DNA of 64,000 nt from an uncultured Patescibacteria group bacterium (GTDB taxonomy: Bacteria; Patescibacteriota; Microgenomatia; UBA1400; PJMF01), in the NCBI GenBank assembly GCA_905478415.1, contig CAJQIG010000005.1, positions 1,598 through 65,597 on the forward strand, written 5' to 3'. Shown piece after piece: positions 38,382 through 47,709 of this stretch (position 1 is its first letter; every line of letters starts with the position of its first letter). Under the pieces are notes generated by a model. That model was given only the letters and a program-made list of their open reading frames with translations, did not search any database and was not told the DNA's origin. The translations under genes were made by a program, and so were the position numbers.

Positions 38382-40102
38382 GGTAGCACGACTTAGATGT
38401 TAATACTTGTCTATTAAAAAATATTATACAGGGACAGTTTTATTTTGTCACTGAATTGTACTTAATAAATCTTGAATGCAAGGGATTTAGTGCTCCCCGT
38501 AATGGATTCGATACGAACTGCAATACTCGAGGCAGGCACTAATAAGTGGCTATACACTGAAGAATTTTTAACTAGTCCAGTTTAAAAAACACCTCTTTCA
38601 TTTAGTCTTTCAACTGAAATACCCTTTTGTAGGTCTTTAAACCCAAAGCTCCAATGTATGTCACGTGTTTTTTCAGCTACATATTCTTTCAAATCCGATT
38701 CATTCGATAGTGTCATTGTGTCTATAGCAATATCCCACGACCTTTGAGCAAAAACAGAAGTTCGAGGTTCTGGCCACATTGTTCTAATGGCAGGGTCTAT
38801 ATAAACATTTTCCATACCATTAATTTCCATAGTGCCTAAAATACTACCGCTAAATCCAAGTTTTTCATACATTTTACCTGCACCACTCAAGGTAACATAT
38901 AGTTGTGCAGCAAACCAAGAAAGGTAAATCGTTGGAGCACCACCCTCACCTGTTTTAAGAACATTTGTTGATGTGGACATCAAACCATTTGCGAAAACTT
39001 GTTGAGAATCTATTCCTCCATCTCTTCTTTTCCAACTTAGATGAATCATTCCTTCACTAATTGAGTCCCAATGAGTTGCCCTCGATGGAAAAGATGCAAA
39101 TCTAGTTCTAAATTCGGATTCCTGAATGAGCGTTTCAATATCTAAAGGTCTAATAAGCTCAGTCTGAGGAAAAAAAGGCTGTAAAGTTATATCTAACATT
39201 GCTACATTAATACCTAAATTGTGTTGAAATATTTGTGACTTGAATGGTGGCAAAGTATCCCCGTCTTCAAGGTGGATTTTCTTTGCTTCATAGTTTTGCT
39301 TTTCAACCTCAATTTCGTTCTTTCTTTCTCTATCTGCACTCTTTAGAAAGCTTTTATAGTTTAACTCAGCTCGGTTCTTATTATTATTTCTAGAAATCTG
39401 AGCCTTTTCACGCTTGCCAAACAGAAGTTCAATGTGCTCTGGCGATGCGATGTTCACAGACTTCTTTGTGCTTCCAGTTCTAATCCAAATATTACTGTCA
39501 TTATGAGCATAGTAAGGTGTTTCATTTCCTTCATATATTCTTAAGAGAAGAAATACTTTACCATTGTTGTCATTTGTCTTGTGAACCCCAAAACTTGGAA
39601 TAGGGGATATGTTGCCAATAACTTGAGCAATGTACTCATCGTGCCTTCCATCATCAATACCCTCCCATTTTGTTGGTTCACCTGTTTTTCTGTTTTCTCT
39701 AATACCTACAACAATTACGCCACCGCGAGTATTTGCGAACGCACAAACCAGCTTTGCTAGTTTCATCTTATCTGGAAGCTCCTCCTTGTAATCCAATTGC
39801 ATGCCTTCTGAATTTTTTTCTTCGGCAAAACTAACAACATCATCAAAAGAAAATTCACTCAATTTTTTAGTCAATATCTCCATTTTAGTCTCCAATCCTT
39901 TTCAACTCATCTAAATATCTGTTAACTAACTCAGCCATTTTTTTCTGTATCCTAACCTACTAAGTCACCAGCTAAGTCATGAGTAAATTCAAATAAATCA
40001 ATGAAATTCTCGTTACTGCCAATGTTCATTGTAGCATCACTAGAATACGAGTTCATACCTTTAGGGTTAGGTAGCACGACTTAGATGTTAATACTTGTCT
40101 AT
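38379..40102. repeat. 36-bp direct repeat (element arm) at 38379-38414 and 40067-40102
   Basis: TTAGGTAGCACGACTTAGATGTTAATACTTGTCTAT occurs exactly twice. Confidence 0.9.
38582..39883 (-). CDS. Schlafen/AlbA_2 domain protein
   Basis: SEGMQLDYKE, VCAFANTRGGVIVVGI and WIRTGST; GGAG RBS before ATG 39883. Confidence 0.9.
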   Translation of the reverse strand: MEILTKKLSEFSFDDVVSFAEEKNSEGMQLDYKEELPDKMKLAKLVCAFANTRGGVIVVGIRENRKTGEPTKWEGIDDGRHDEYIAQVIGNISPIPSFGVHKTNDNNGKVFLLLRIYEGNETPYYAHNDSNIWIRTGSTKKSVNIASPEHIELLFGKREKAQISRNNNKNRAELNYKSFLKSADRERKNEIEVEKQNYEAKKIHLEDGDTLPPFKSQIFQHNLGINVAMLDITLQPFFPQTELIRPLDIETLIQESEFRTRFASFPSRATHWDSISEGMIHLSWKRRDGGIDSQQVFANGLMSTSTNVLKTGEGGAPTIYLSWFAAQLYVTLSGAGKMYEKLGFSGSILGTMEINGMENVYIDPAIRTMWPEPRTSVFAQRSWDIAIDTMTLSNESDLKEYVAEKTRDIHWSFGFKDLQKGISVERLNERGVF

Positions 40103-40122
40103 GGCTATATTATAGCGCGCTC

Positions 40123-40812
40123 TTAATTTTTTTTACGCAAAATGATTGTTTTTGTTTTATTTGAAGAAGTGTTACTTTTTAGATTATCGGAGTTTATTGA
40201 ACTATCATAGAAATTGCAACTGTCCAAATTACTAGTGTTTAATGTCTCAGCAAATTTGCTATTTGGAAAAAATTCAGTACAAAGCATTGCTAATCCATTT
40301 TTTTTATTAGCAAATGTTTGATAAACTTGATTATTTTCGCAGATGTTTTCAAGAGTATTTTTTATATAAGTATTAAGGTGATACTTCCAAACAACACCCT
40401 GACAAAAGGAATTTCCCAAACCCTCAAACACATCTATTACTAAACGAACTTGCAATTCATTTTGAACATATTGGTCATTTTTTAATGACTCAACTATGAG
40501 GAGATTTTCTTTATCTTGATACAAGTCAGAATAAGCTTCGGCAGTTTGCTCTTGGCTTAATTTAGCTTTTTGAAAGAGTTGGTTTTCTTCTTGAATTTTA
40601 ACTGACTTATCAGCTTTTTCACCAGCTTCTATTGCAATAATATTCGATTCTTTTGAAATGATATTTGATTCTTTAGCAATAGATTGAGATGCAATTAGGG
40701 AAATAATAGACACGATAAGAGCACATATGCTTATCGTTGTTGACTTGTTTTTTTTGAGGTACACAACTAGCTTATTTAAGCTGAGGTTTCCCTGCTTCTT
40801 CGAGTTTGGCAT
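40123..40812 (-). CDS. Single-TM hypothetical protein (possibly DUF4760-like)
   Basis: N-terminal TM plus coiled coil; overlaps the upstream gene by 41 bp. Confidence 0.65.
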   Translation of the reverse strand: MPNSKKQGNLSLNKLVVYLKKNKSTTISICALIVSIISLIASQSIAKESNIISKESNIIAIEAGEKADKSVKIQEENQLFQKAKLSQEQTAEAYSDLYQDKENLLIVESLKNDQYVQNELQVRLVIDVFEGLGNSFCQGVVWKYHLNTYIKNTLENICENNQVYQTFANKKNGLAMLCTEFFPNSKFAETLNTSNLDSCNFYDSSINSDNLKSNTSSNKTKTIILRKKN

Positions 40813-41455
40813 TTAATTTTTTTCTTTTGGCTTCTAAAATAGCAGGTTGAACAAAGTAATAATCAAAAAGACTCTCAATCACATCGAGATTCCATTCTGC
40901 TTCACCTTCCTCCACGTCCACAATCCCACCAGTGTTTTTACTTTTGATTGGATGTGCTGCAAAGTTCCCAACCACACGAATAGCATCAATGCCTTGTGAT
41001 ATTGATGATGGTAGGCCTCCATTGTCTAATACTTGTTGAATTTCACTATCAAGGCTTCCTGCTTTAACATTGATTGTTTCAATTTTACCTGTTTCGCTAT
41101 GTAACACCTTGAGCTTTGCTTTTTCTCTAAGTATGTGTTGCAAACATCTTCTGCTTAAAGCTGCACTAGCCTTGGGACTATCCTGAAGGACGTTTGCTGC
41201 TTCTAAATATTCATGCGTGTATTCACTTGGGATTTCTTTTGAAATGGGACTTCTGGCTATGTTTTTAGGATACACTACTATATTGGAACTTCCTCCGCCA
41301 TCTTTTGGTATTTTTCTAAATCTTATTATTGCTTTACCACATTCAGGACAAATCATTGAACTTATATACCAGTGTGCATCAATATCTGAAATAGAGTTGC
41401 GAGATAGTTCAGAAAATGATTCGTGTATAGATGTTTTACAATGTGGACATATCAT
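40772..41455 (-). CDS. DUF4145 (HEPN-related) protein with zinc ribbon
   Basis: CPHC...CPEC, SPKASAALSRRCLQ, IRVVGNFAAH (R-x4-6-H). Confidence 0.85.
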   Translation of the reverse strand: MICPHCKTSIHESFSELSRNSISDIDAHWYISSMICPECGKAIIRFRKIPKDGGGSSNIVVYPKNIARSPISKEIPSEYTHEYLEAANVLQDSPKASAALSRRCLQHILREKAKLKVLHSETGKIETINVKAGSLDSEIQQVLDNGGLPSSISQGIDAIRVVGNFAAHPIKSKNTGGIVDVEEGEAEWNLDVIESLFDYYFVQPAILEAKRKKLNAKLEEAGKPQLK

Positions 41456-42326
41456 GTTTATATTATACCAAAGTATTCCGAAAAGGTTTTACCTCGATAT
41501 AACAAAAATATTTTATTGCATAGTAAACAATACCCTATTATTATTCCCCTGCCATAAGTACTGGATAATTAACCTAGAGTAGCTATACATGATTAGTATC
41601 CAGTGGACTTAGCCTAGTCTGACTTTCTAGGTCGAATTAACACTGGGTTGTAGACTGGTGTTATTTATGGGCTCCCGCAGGACAATAATGACCCCCGTGC
41701 AAGTTCACTTATAGTCAAAACCATAAGCTATCAATCACGCTCAGCGCAGTCTCTAAGGTACAACAGACCTCTTCAATATATTTTTAATATTTCCGTCACC
41801 ACTATTTCCAGGGCCTAGTGGCAAGCCCTCGTATCCATTCTCGCGGTTAATTTAAAGACACCCGCTACTGCTAGAATAAAGCTCACCTGTGTCTGTGGTG
41901 GTAATAAAAAAACCACCAAAATAGGTTTCTCATGTTTTTCCTACTTGGTGGTTTCAAATGAAACACACTATATGTTTTTTCTCGCTGTAATAAAAAAATC
42001 CACTTAGACGTAGTTAGTATTGTGTATGCTGTGAGGCTACTAACCACGTCCAAATGGACTTTTCATACACATAACTATACCTACCCTCTATATTGTCCCA
42101 ATAAAGACCGTTTGTCAATAGATAAAAGCTTGATAAATCAGACAAAATAGACAATGATGAGCAAGTAGATAACTATGTAGTATTATAGGGCCTCACACCA
42201 ATGTTTATCTTGCTTTAGGTTTTGAGCTACTGGTAACACCCACACCCCCCTCTGTGAGAAAGGGGCCCTTTAACCCGAGTTGGACTACTAGTAGAAGGTA
42301 TTATAAGGATATTTTTTTTCCTTTTT

Positions 42327-44408
42327 TTACCACTCTTTTGGAGGATTTTCAAAAAGGTCTATTAATTCCAAAGCTCTTTTGCCAATATTTTTACCTTTTG
42401 AGCTCTTATAAATCATAATTCTCTTTTCAATTTCTTTAATTGGGTATAACTCGCCTAATGACTTAAGACCTAATGTTTCGTATGAACCTTTATTTGAAGA
42501 GTGAACCATACCTGTAAAACCATCTAATAATTTAATTAACCCTACATCATCTTGAACTAATTTTCGAATGTAATTCTTGACGCTCTTTTCATTTCCCCAC
42601 TTCAACCACCTGAATAATATTACATCTAGGCGAGTTTCATCTTCGAGTTTCCCATTCTTTACTTTCTTTTTTATTAATTTTAAAACCTCTTTTCTGAATT
42701 TTTCTACAAATTTTTTGTCAACTAATATATCTTTATCATTTTTTTCTATTTGCTCACCAAAGACATCAAGGAGTCTAAGAGAAAAATGAATATTTTGAGT
42801 TTCATTCATAGTGTTAAGAATAAAATCAGCACGTTTATCTTTTGAAACAATATTCTTTAGGGCCTGGTATGTCAAGCGACCCACTTGAGTGTTAAAGTCA
42901 TTTAACCCAAACAATCCACTCTGAGTATCTGAGACATGTCCATCAATATTCCATAAATTCACTATTATTTTTTGGATTTGTTCTTGGGTAATTTTTTCAA
43001 TTCTGTCTAATAACAAATCAATAGTCTTAGTCAGTTTCTTTTCTTTATCTAGTAATAAAAACTTTTCTTTCAAAGAATCTTCATTTGTTTTTGTAGAAAG
43101 AACTGCTTGCACCTCAACTTCTGAAACCTCATCTTCAGGCACACTTAGCTGAAAATAAAAATCGAATTTTTGCTCTGAACAAATTCTCTTTTGTAGACGC
43201 CATTCTCTTTCATAACTTGAACCACTCGATGAATCCATCTTCAACTGAGGAAAAAGTTCTCTTGTTATTCCATCTATTGACGACATAAATTCTTTAGGAA
43301 CGATTTTTTCATTATCTAAAATTTCTTTATAAATTTTTTGACGTTCTTCATCTCTTTCTCTTGAAGGAAAACTAAGTAATGAATCATCTTTATTCAAAAA
43401 AACATACTTGTTACCAGCAATAACATTATAATATGTTGGGACAAAAATTCTTAAAGCTTCTACCGCAATAAAATCCACTGGATTAACATCTTCCTTGTTA
43501 ACTACAGACCAATTTAGTTGAAGAGAACTCAAAAAACGATTAATATCTCTAATGGTAACAAACAAATTACTAAAACCATTTCTAAATATGGCTTCCCAAT
43601 GCTTCTGTTCTTCACTGTCAAAAACATATGTACCGTAAATAGAATCTAGTGTTTTATCTAATCCAGAAAACAAAACACCTCTTAGGTTCTGTTTATCTGG
43701 AACTGGGATTGTAAATGATACCTGAATAATTTTTTTAAGATAGTCATGTCCTTCAATTCCACGTTCTGTTATCCTACTCGCTACTTTTTCTCTATCATAT
43801 GCAAGTAAAAAAACCGTGTTTGGGAAGTTTGCTGTCATTTTAACCATCTTTAATATCAGTAATGTCTCCTGTTTATCTAGGCGGTCAATATCATCAATTA
43901 CTACCAAAATTTTCTTTCTCCGCCTTTTTAAAAGAACATCAATCGATTCTCTTATTTCAGTTAAAGTTTGAACACCACCATATTTTTTAATTTTTCCTGG
44001 TGAAAACTCAAAAAACCAAAGAAATTTTACAGAAGGATTAAACTCAAACATGGACTGTTTAAGTAGTTTTGAAGAATAATTTGTAAGTTTCTGCTTCAAT
44101 TCGTCTTTTTCACCATTTTTATCTAATGCAGCAGTAAATGAGTCAAAAAAATCGGAAATTAGTTGATTTTGACTAGAAAAATTCCAAGGATTGAACTTAA
44201 TAATAACGACATCTTTTCTTTTAAAATTTTCAAGAATTAAATTTATAAATGACGTTTTTCCTGCACCCCATATACCTTCAATACCAATAACATAGCTTTC
44301 TTTGCCTTTATAATTCTTAATTAGCTGTGCTACCTTTTCAGCTAATGGCGCCCTTTTTAAAACGTCTTCTTTACCTTTTTTTTGTATTGGTGAATCAGTT
44401 GATATCAT
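42327..44408 (-). CDS. KAP family P-loop NTPase
   Basis: GIWGAGKTS, FNPW, VVIDDIDRL, YLKKIIQ..F.IP and RDINRF. Confidence 0.93.
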   Translation of the reverse strand: MISTDSPIQKKGKEDVLKRAPLAEKVAQLIKNYKGKESYVIGIEGIWGAGKTSFINLILENFKRKDVVIIKFNPWNFSSQNQLISDFFDSFTAALDKNGEKDELKQKLTNYSSKLLKQSMFEFNPSVKFLWFFEFSPGKIKKYGGVQTLTEIRESIDVLLKRRRKKILVVIDDIDRLDKQETLLILKMVKMTANFPNTVFLLAYDREKVASRITERGIEGHDYLKKIIQVSFTIPVPDKQNLRGVLFSGLDKTLDSIYGTYVFDSEEQKHWEAIFRNGFSNLFVTIRDINRFLSSLQLNWSVVNKEDVNPVDFIAVEALRIFVPTYYNVIAGNKYVFLNKDDSLLSFPSRERDEERQKIYKEILDNEKIVPKEFMSSIDGITRELFPQLKMDSSSGSSYEREWRLQKRICSEQKFDFYFQLSVPEDEVSEVEVQAVLSTKTNEDSLKEKFLLLDKEKKLTKTIDLLLDRIEKITQEQIQKIIVNLWNIDGHVSDTQSGLFGLNDFNTQVGRLTYQALKNIVSKDKRADFILNTMNETQNIHFSLRLLDVFGEQIEKNDKDILVDKKFVEKFRKEVLKLIKKKVKNGKLEDETRLDVILFRWLKWGNEKSVKNYIRKLVQDDVGLIKLLDGFTGMVHSSNKGSYETLGLKSLGELYPIKEIEKRIMIYKSSKGKNIGKRALELIDLFENPPKEW

Positions 44409-44485
44409 ATTGATATACTATCACAAAACTTTTTCAAATTTTTACTTTCTTAGTATTAACATGACCTGTTGTATAATAAAGAAAA

Positions 44486-44606
44486 CTCGCGGCTATTATT
44501 ACACCTTTTTTAGGTGAGTTTTTACTTGTCGTTAATGATAGGCAGCCCTATCTGTCAAACGACAAGTCGTAGCCGCGAGGAAGTCTAGGATGGGCTGCCT
44601 TTTTTT
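44486..44606 (+). ncRNA. Three-way-junction leader RNA (C4/CI-like architecture)
   Basis: Outer stem CTCGCGGCTA/TAGCCGCGAG, inner stems CACCT/AGGTG and ACTTGTCGTT/AACGACAAGT, TATAAT at 44472. Confidence 0.6.
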
Positions 44607-44628
44607 GAAAAGCCCAAGGAAGGAACTC

Positions 44629-45303
44629 ATGATTCAACTCGGGCTATTTTTTTTAGGAATTTTTGTATACACATTTGGTCTTAATCTTTTTGCACAATAC
44701 CGCAGAGGACAAATGCAATTTGGTGGCGTACTTGGAATTTTTGCCGCCTGTTGGGCTTTGTTCACTAACATTTATTTGTTCCTGGTAATGATTCCTTTAT
44801 TCTTCATTTTCCGCAAACTTGCTAGTTATTTAGTCTTCCTCTTTTTCAAGAAACAATATCCCAAAGCAGTGAACCTTGATTGGAAAACATTTCAGTTACG
44901 AGAAACATACAGAGAAAATAAAAAACCTGAAAACTTACTAGACGGCAAATGTCTTGAGGGCATGGTGAGTAAAATGGAAGCAAAAAATAAAGAGCTGGAA
45001 GAATTTTGTGACAACGCATACAAGGTCACAGGTATTAAAGAAACTTTGCAAAAACATGATGAAAAGAAGGAGAGTCTGAAAAGTATCTATAGTCAGGTTC
45101 TAACTAGTTATGGAGGAATTTTTACCGCGAAAGCAATAATTACTGCTCCTTACTACCTCAACAAATATCTTGAAACAATCAATAAACCTGGTCATTTCTT
45201 AAAACCAAATACTGAAATCAAAATGTTTGGTGATATTGACCCTAAAGAGAAACAGTTTCTGGGAAGTCTCAATGAGTCATTTGGATTCCCTGACTTAATA
45301 TAA
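44629..45303 (+). CDS. Membrane hypothetical protein
   Basis: Hydrophobic N-terminus; AAGGAAGGA RBS before MIQLG. Confidence 0.7.
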   Translation: MIQLGLFFLGIFVYTFGLNLFAQYRRGQMQFGGVLGIFAACWALFTNIYLFLVMIPLFFIFRKLASYLVFLFFKKQYPKAVNLDWKTFQLRETYRENKKPENLLDGKCLEGMVSKMEAKNKELEEFCDNAYKVTGIKETLQKHDEKKESLKSIYSQVLTSYGGIFTAKAIITAPYYLNKYLETINKPGHFLKPNTEIKMFGDIDPKEKQFLGSLNESFGFPDLI

Positions 45304-45320
45304 CAACCAAGAAAGGAAGC

Positions 45321-45647
45321 ATGAGCAAGAATTACTTAGCGCTTAGCACTGTTGCAACAGTGTCATTAGTAGGAATCCTAGCTATACTTTTCTACACAAC
45401 CTTCGTGGTTAGACCTAGAGAACAAGCACTACAAAAGCATATTGCAGTTATGCAGGCTTGCAATCAGCAACGTCTATACATGACTTGGGAGCTAAAAAAC
45501 TCACTAAATGATGTGAGCGAGTTTGCTCCTCAAGAAGAAAAAGACCTTATAAACCAGACATTGGATAATGCTACAGGATATTTTCATAGCTCTGATTTTT
45601 TTGATACATGTTTCGAAAAAACTATAGAGGAATGGAATTTAAATTAA
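45321..45647 (+). CDS. Single-TM hypothetical protein
   Basis: AAGGA RBS and an N-terminal TM. Confidence 0.65.
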   Translation: MSKNYLALSTVATVSLVGILAILFYTTFVVRPREQALQKHIAVMQACNQQRLYMTWELKNSLNDVSEFAPQEEKDLINQTLDNATGYFHSSDFFDTCFEKTIEEWNLN

Positions 45648-46006
45648 TTTGTTTCAATTGGCTTACTTTTTAGTATGTAGGCTTCATGAACTTTAAAACC
45701 ATTAACTTTCTCATTTTGAAGGTGGAATCCTTCTTTGTATTTTAAAAATAGTTCAGTTATGTGGTCTTGGACAGGGAATATTCCAATTCTTGCAATAGAT
45801 TTATTTTCTTCTTCACTTAGATTTTCTCTCATTTTAGAGGCGACAAGGTTAAAGATTTCTGTTCTATTTTCGTCAGTAATCCAGTCAGCAGAAACTAATA
45901 CTGACCACTTATCTATGAAATCATCCATTCTCATTATGGCAAAAAGAGTAAAGTTGCCTTTTTGAGCTTCAATTTCGTTAGTAATTAATTTAAATTTTTC
46001 TACCAT
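45644..46006 (-). CDS. Putative partner/antitoxin of the HEPN gene
   Basis: Start overlaps the HEPN stop (ATGGTAG); acidic strand DKWSVLVSADW resembles a degenerate MNT fold. Confidence 0.6.
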   Translation of the reverse strand: MVEKFKLITNEIEAQKGNFTLFAIMRMDDFIDKWSVLVSADWITDENRTEIFNLVASKMRENLSEEENKSIARIGIFPVQDHITELFLKYKEGFHLQNEKVNGFKVHEAYILKSKPIETN

Positions 46007-46458
46007 CTTTTCTTTAAGTATACAAGAATCCCATTTGAATTATTAGTAAGAGCATTGTAAACAGATTTAACTTTTGATTCAGTCCAGTAATTTGGTTGAT
46101 ATCGCATATTTACCCATTGCTGGTTTCCTGGCAGAACATAATCTTGCGTGGCAGCAGACCATGATGCAAAATAGGGATTATTTCCTACATTTGTGAACTT
46201 GTTCGATAATCCGGATAATATTTGAAGTTTGTCTAGTTCATGAGTTCTGAAAATGGTTCGTATGTTGTTATCAACGCTGCTATCATCAGCTGGGTAACTT
46301 ACCAGGTCAAGTTTCTTACAAACGCAAGCCTTAAGGGCACATTCCAACACAAAGCCCATTGTGTAGCCTGCATAATCATAATCCCCTGCTTCAATTAAAA
46401 TTTTTGCAGCCTTTATTCTCGCTCGTGTTATCTTTTTTAGTTCGGTGCGTGTTGCCAT
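46000..46458 (-). CDS. HEPN domain protein
   Basis: A..L...G.Y..A.Y..GFVLECALKA, RTHELDKL and MRY pattern. Confidence 0.85.
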   Translation of the reverse strand: MATRTELKKITRARIKAAKILIEAGDYDYAGYTMGFVLECALKACVCKKLDLVSYPADDSSVDNNIRTIFRTHELDKLQILSGLSNKFTNVGNNPYFASWSAATQDYVLPGNQQWVNMRYQPNYWTESKVKSVYNALTNNSNGILVYLKKRW

Positions 46459-46479
46459 TACAATATTACGATTTTATCA

Positions 46480-47559
46480 TTATTTTGATATGTTTTGATG
46501 TTCAAATGCTTGTTTGTCACTAACCATAATTTCAATGATTAATTTCCCTTTTTTTCTACATTCTTTTATTGTAAAACGCTTATCATTTTTTATCCCTGAT
46601 TCATCTAGTCTTCGTTGCTCCAGGTCAAGGCGAGTTTCTGAACTTTCATCTTTCAACCACAAAGGGTCGTACATACGCTGTACGTCACTTTTGCCCTTTG
46701 TTGAAAATTGTCGGTAAATGTTTAGAGTAACATTGATACCTTTGTGACCCATTACTTCTTTGACGTCTATCGGTTTTGCCCCAGCATCAATCATTGCTGT
46801 AGTTTTAATATGCCTAAAACGGTGCAAGGTAATTCTTTTCTTGATACCATGTTCTTTTAAAGATTCTCTCCAGGATTTTGCAACACCTTCTGGGTTTGCA
46901 GGGAAAACCTTTTCCCAGTTTGTCCTATTTTTGAGAGTATCGATATATTTGGGAGGTATTATCATTATTTCCCTCCTTCTCCCCTTTCTTAGAACCTCAA
47001 AATAAGGTTCAGGCACATCGAAGTGAAGGTCATCACCTGTGACATGTGTAAGCTCCTCTTTTCTTGCACCGGTTAGAAGTAGCATGATGAGATACAGTCT
47101 TCGCTCATTCTTTCTTTCTCTGACTAGTTTATTATCCGTTGGTTTTATTTCATTACTTTTATTCGCTAGGCTAAGCGCTAATTCAGGTGAAATCATGTCC
47201 TTTTTCCTATTATCAACAATGACGAAAGGGACCTGCCTGGAAAAGTTATGGCTAATGTGTTGGTACAAAAAGAGCCAGTTAATGAAAGAGCGAATCATTC
47301 GTATTTCAGTGTTCAGAGATGAAGGCTTCCATGGTTTTTTTAGATTATCATTCTTGTGACAACCATACCTTCTCAGCTTTTCGAGGTAAGCTATGATGTT
47401 TTTGGTTATCAAGGATTGATTCCCAAATTCTCGGGTAAATCTGTGAAAGAATTCACGTTTCTTTTTTTGTGTCTTGGGAGACTCATTTTTTCGCAGAGGA
47501 ACATCGATGCAGTACTCCTTTAGGAGTGTGTGGAGTTTTTTCCCTTGGATTGCTACCAT
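46480..47559 (-). CDS. Tyrosine recombinase/integrase
   Basis: LTGARKEE (R), RKG (K), LHRFRH (HxxR), MGH...T.NIY (H, Y). Confidence 0.95.
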   Translation of the reverse strand: MVAIQGKKLHTLLKEYCIDVPLRKNESPKTQKKKREFFHRFTREFGNQSLITKNIIAYLEKLRRYGCHKNDNLKKPWKPSSLNTEIRMIRSFINWLFLYQHISHNFSRQVPFVIVDNRKKDMISPELALSLANKSNEIKPTDNKLVRERKNERRLYLIMLLLTGARKEELTHVTGDDLHFDVPEPYFEVLRKGRRREIMIIPPKYIDTLKNRTNWEKVFPANPEGVAKSWRESLKEHGIKKRITLHRFRHIKTTAMIDAGAKPIDVKEVMGHKGINVTLNIYRQFSTKGKSDVQRMYDPLWLKDESSETRLDLEQRRLDESGIKNDKRFTIKECRKKGKLIIEIMVSDKQAFEHQNISK

Positions 47560-47709
47560 AACAGAATTTACCTAGATGTGTATCTAAGTACTTTCTGTTG
47601 TTTCTTTTCCAAGGCGGGACGCTATGGGTAATGGACCCCGATATTGCGTTATCCCCATAAAGGGAGGCGATGCCAAACAACTTAATGCTAATCTGGACTA
47701 GCTCATGAG

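Noticed and set aside
38379-40102. 36-bp repeat as a CRISPR repeat
   Set aside because: Only two copies 1.7 kb apart, no spacer periodicity and no cas genes; it starts at the att crossover.
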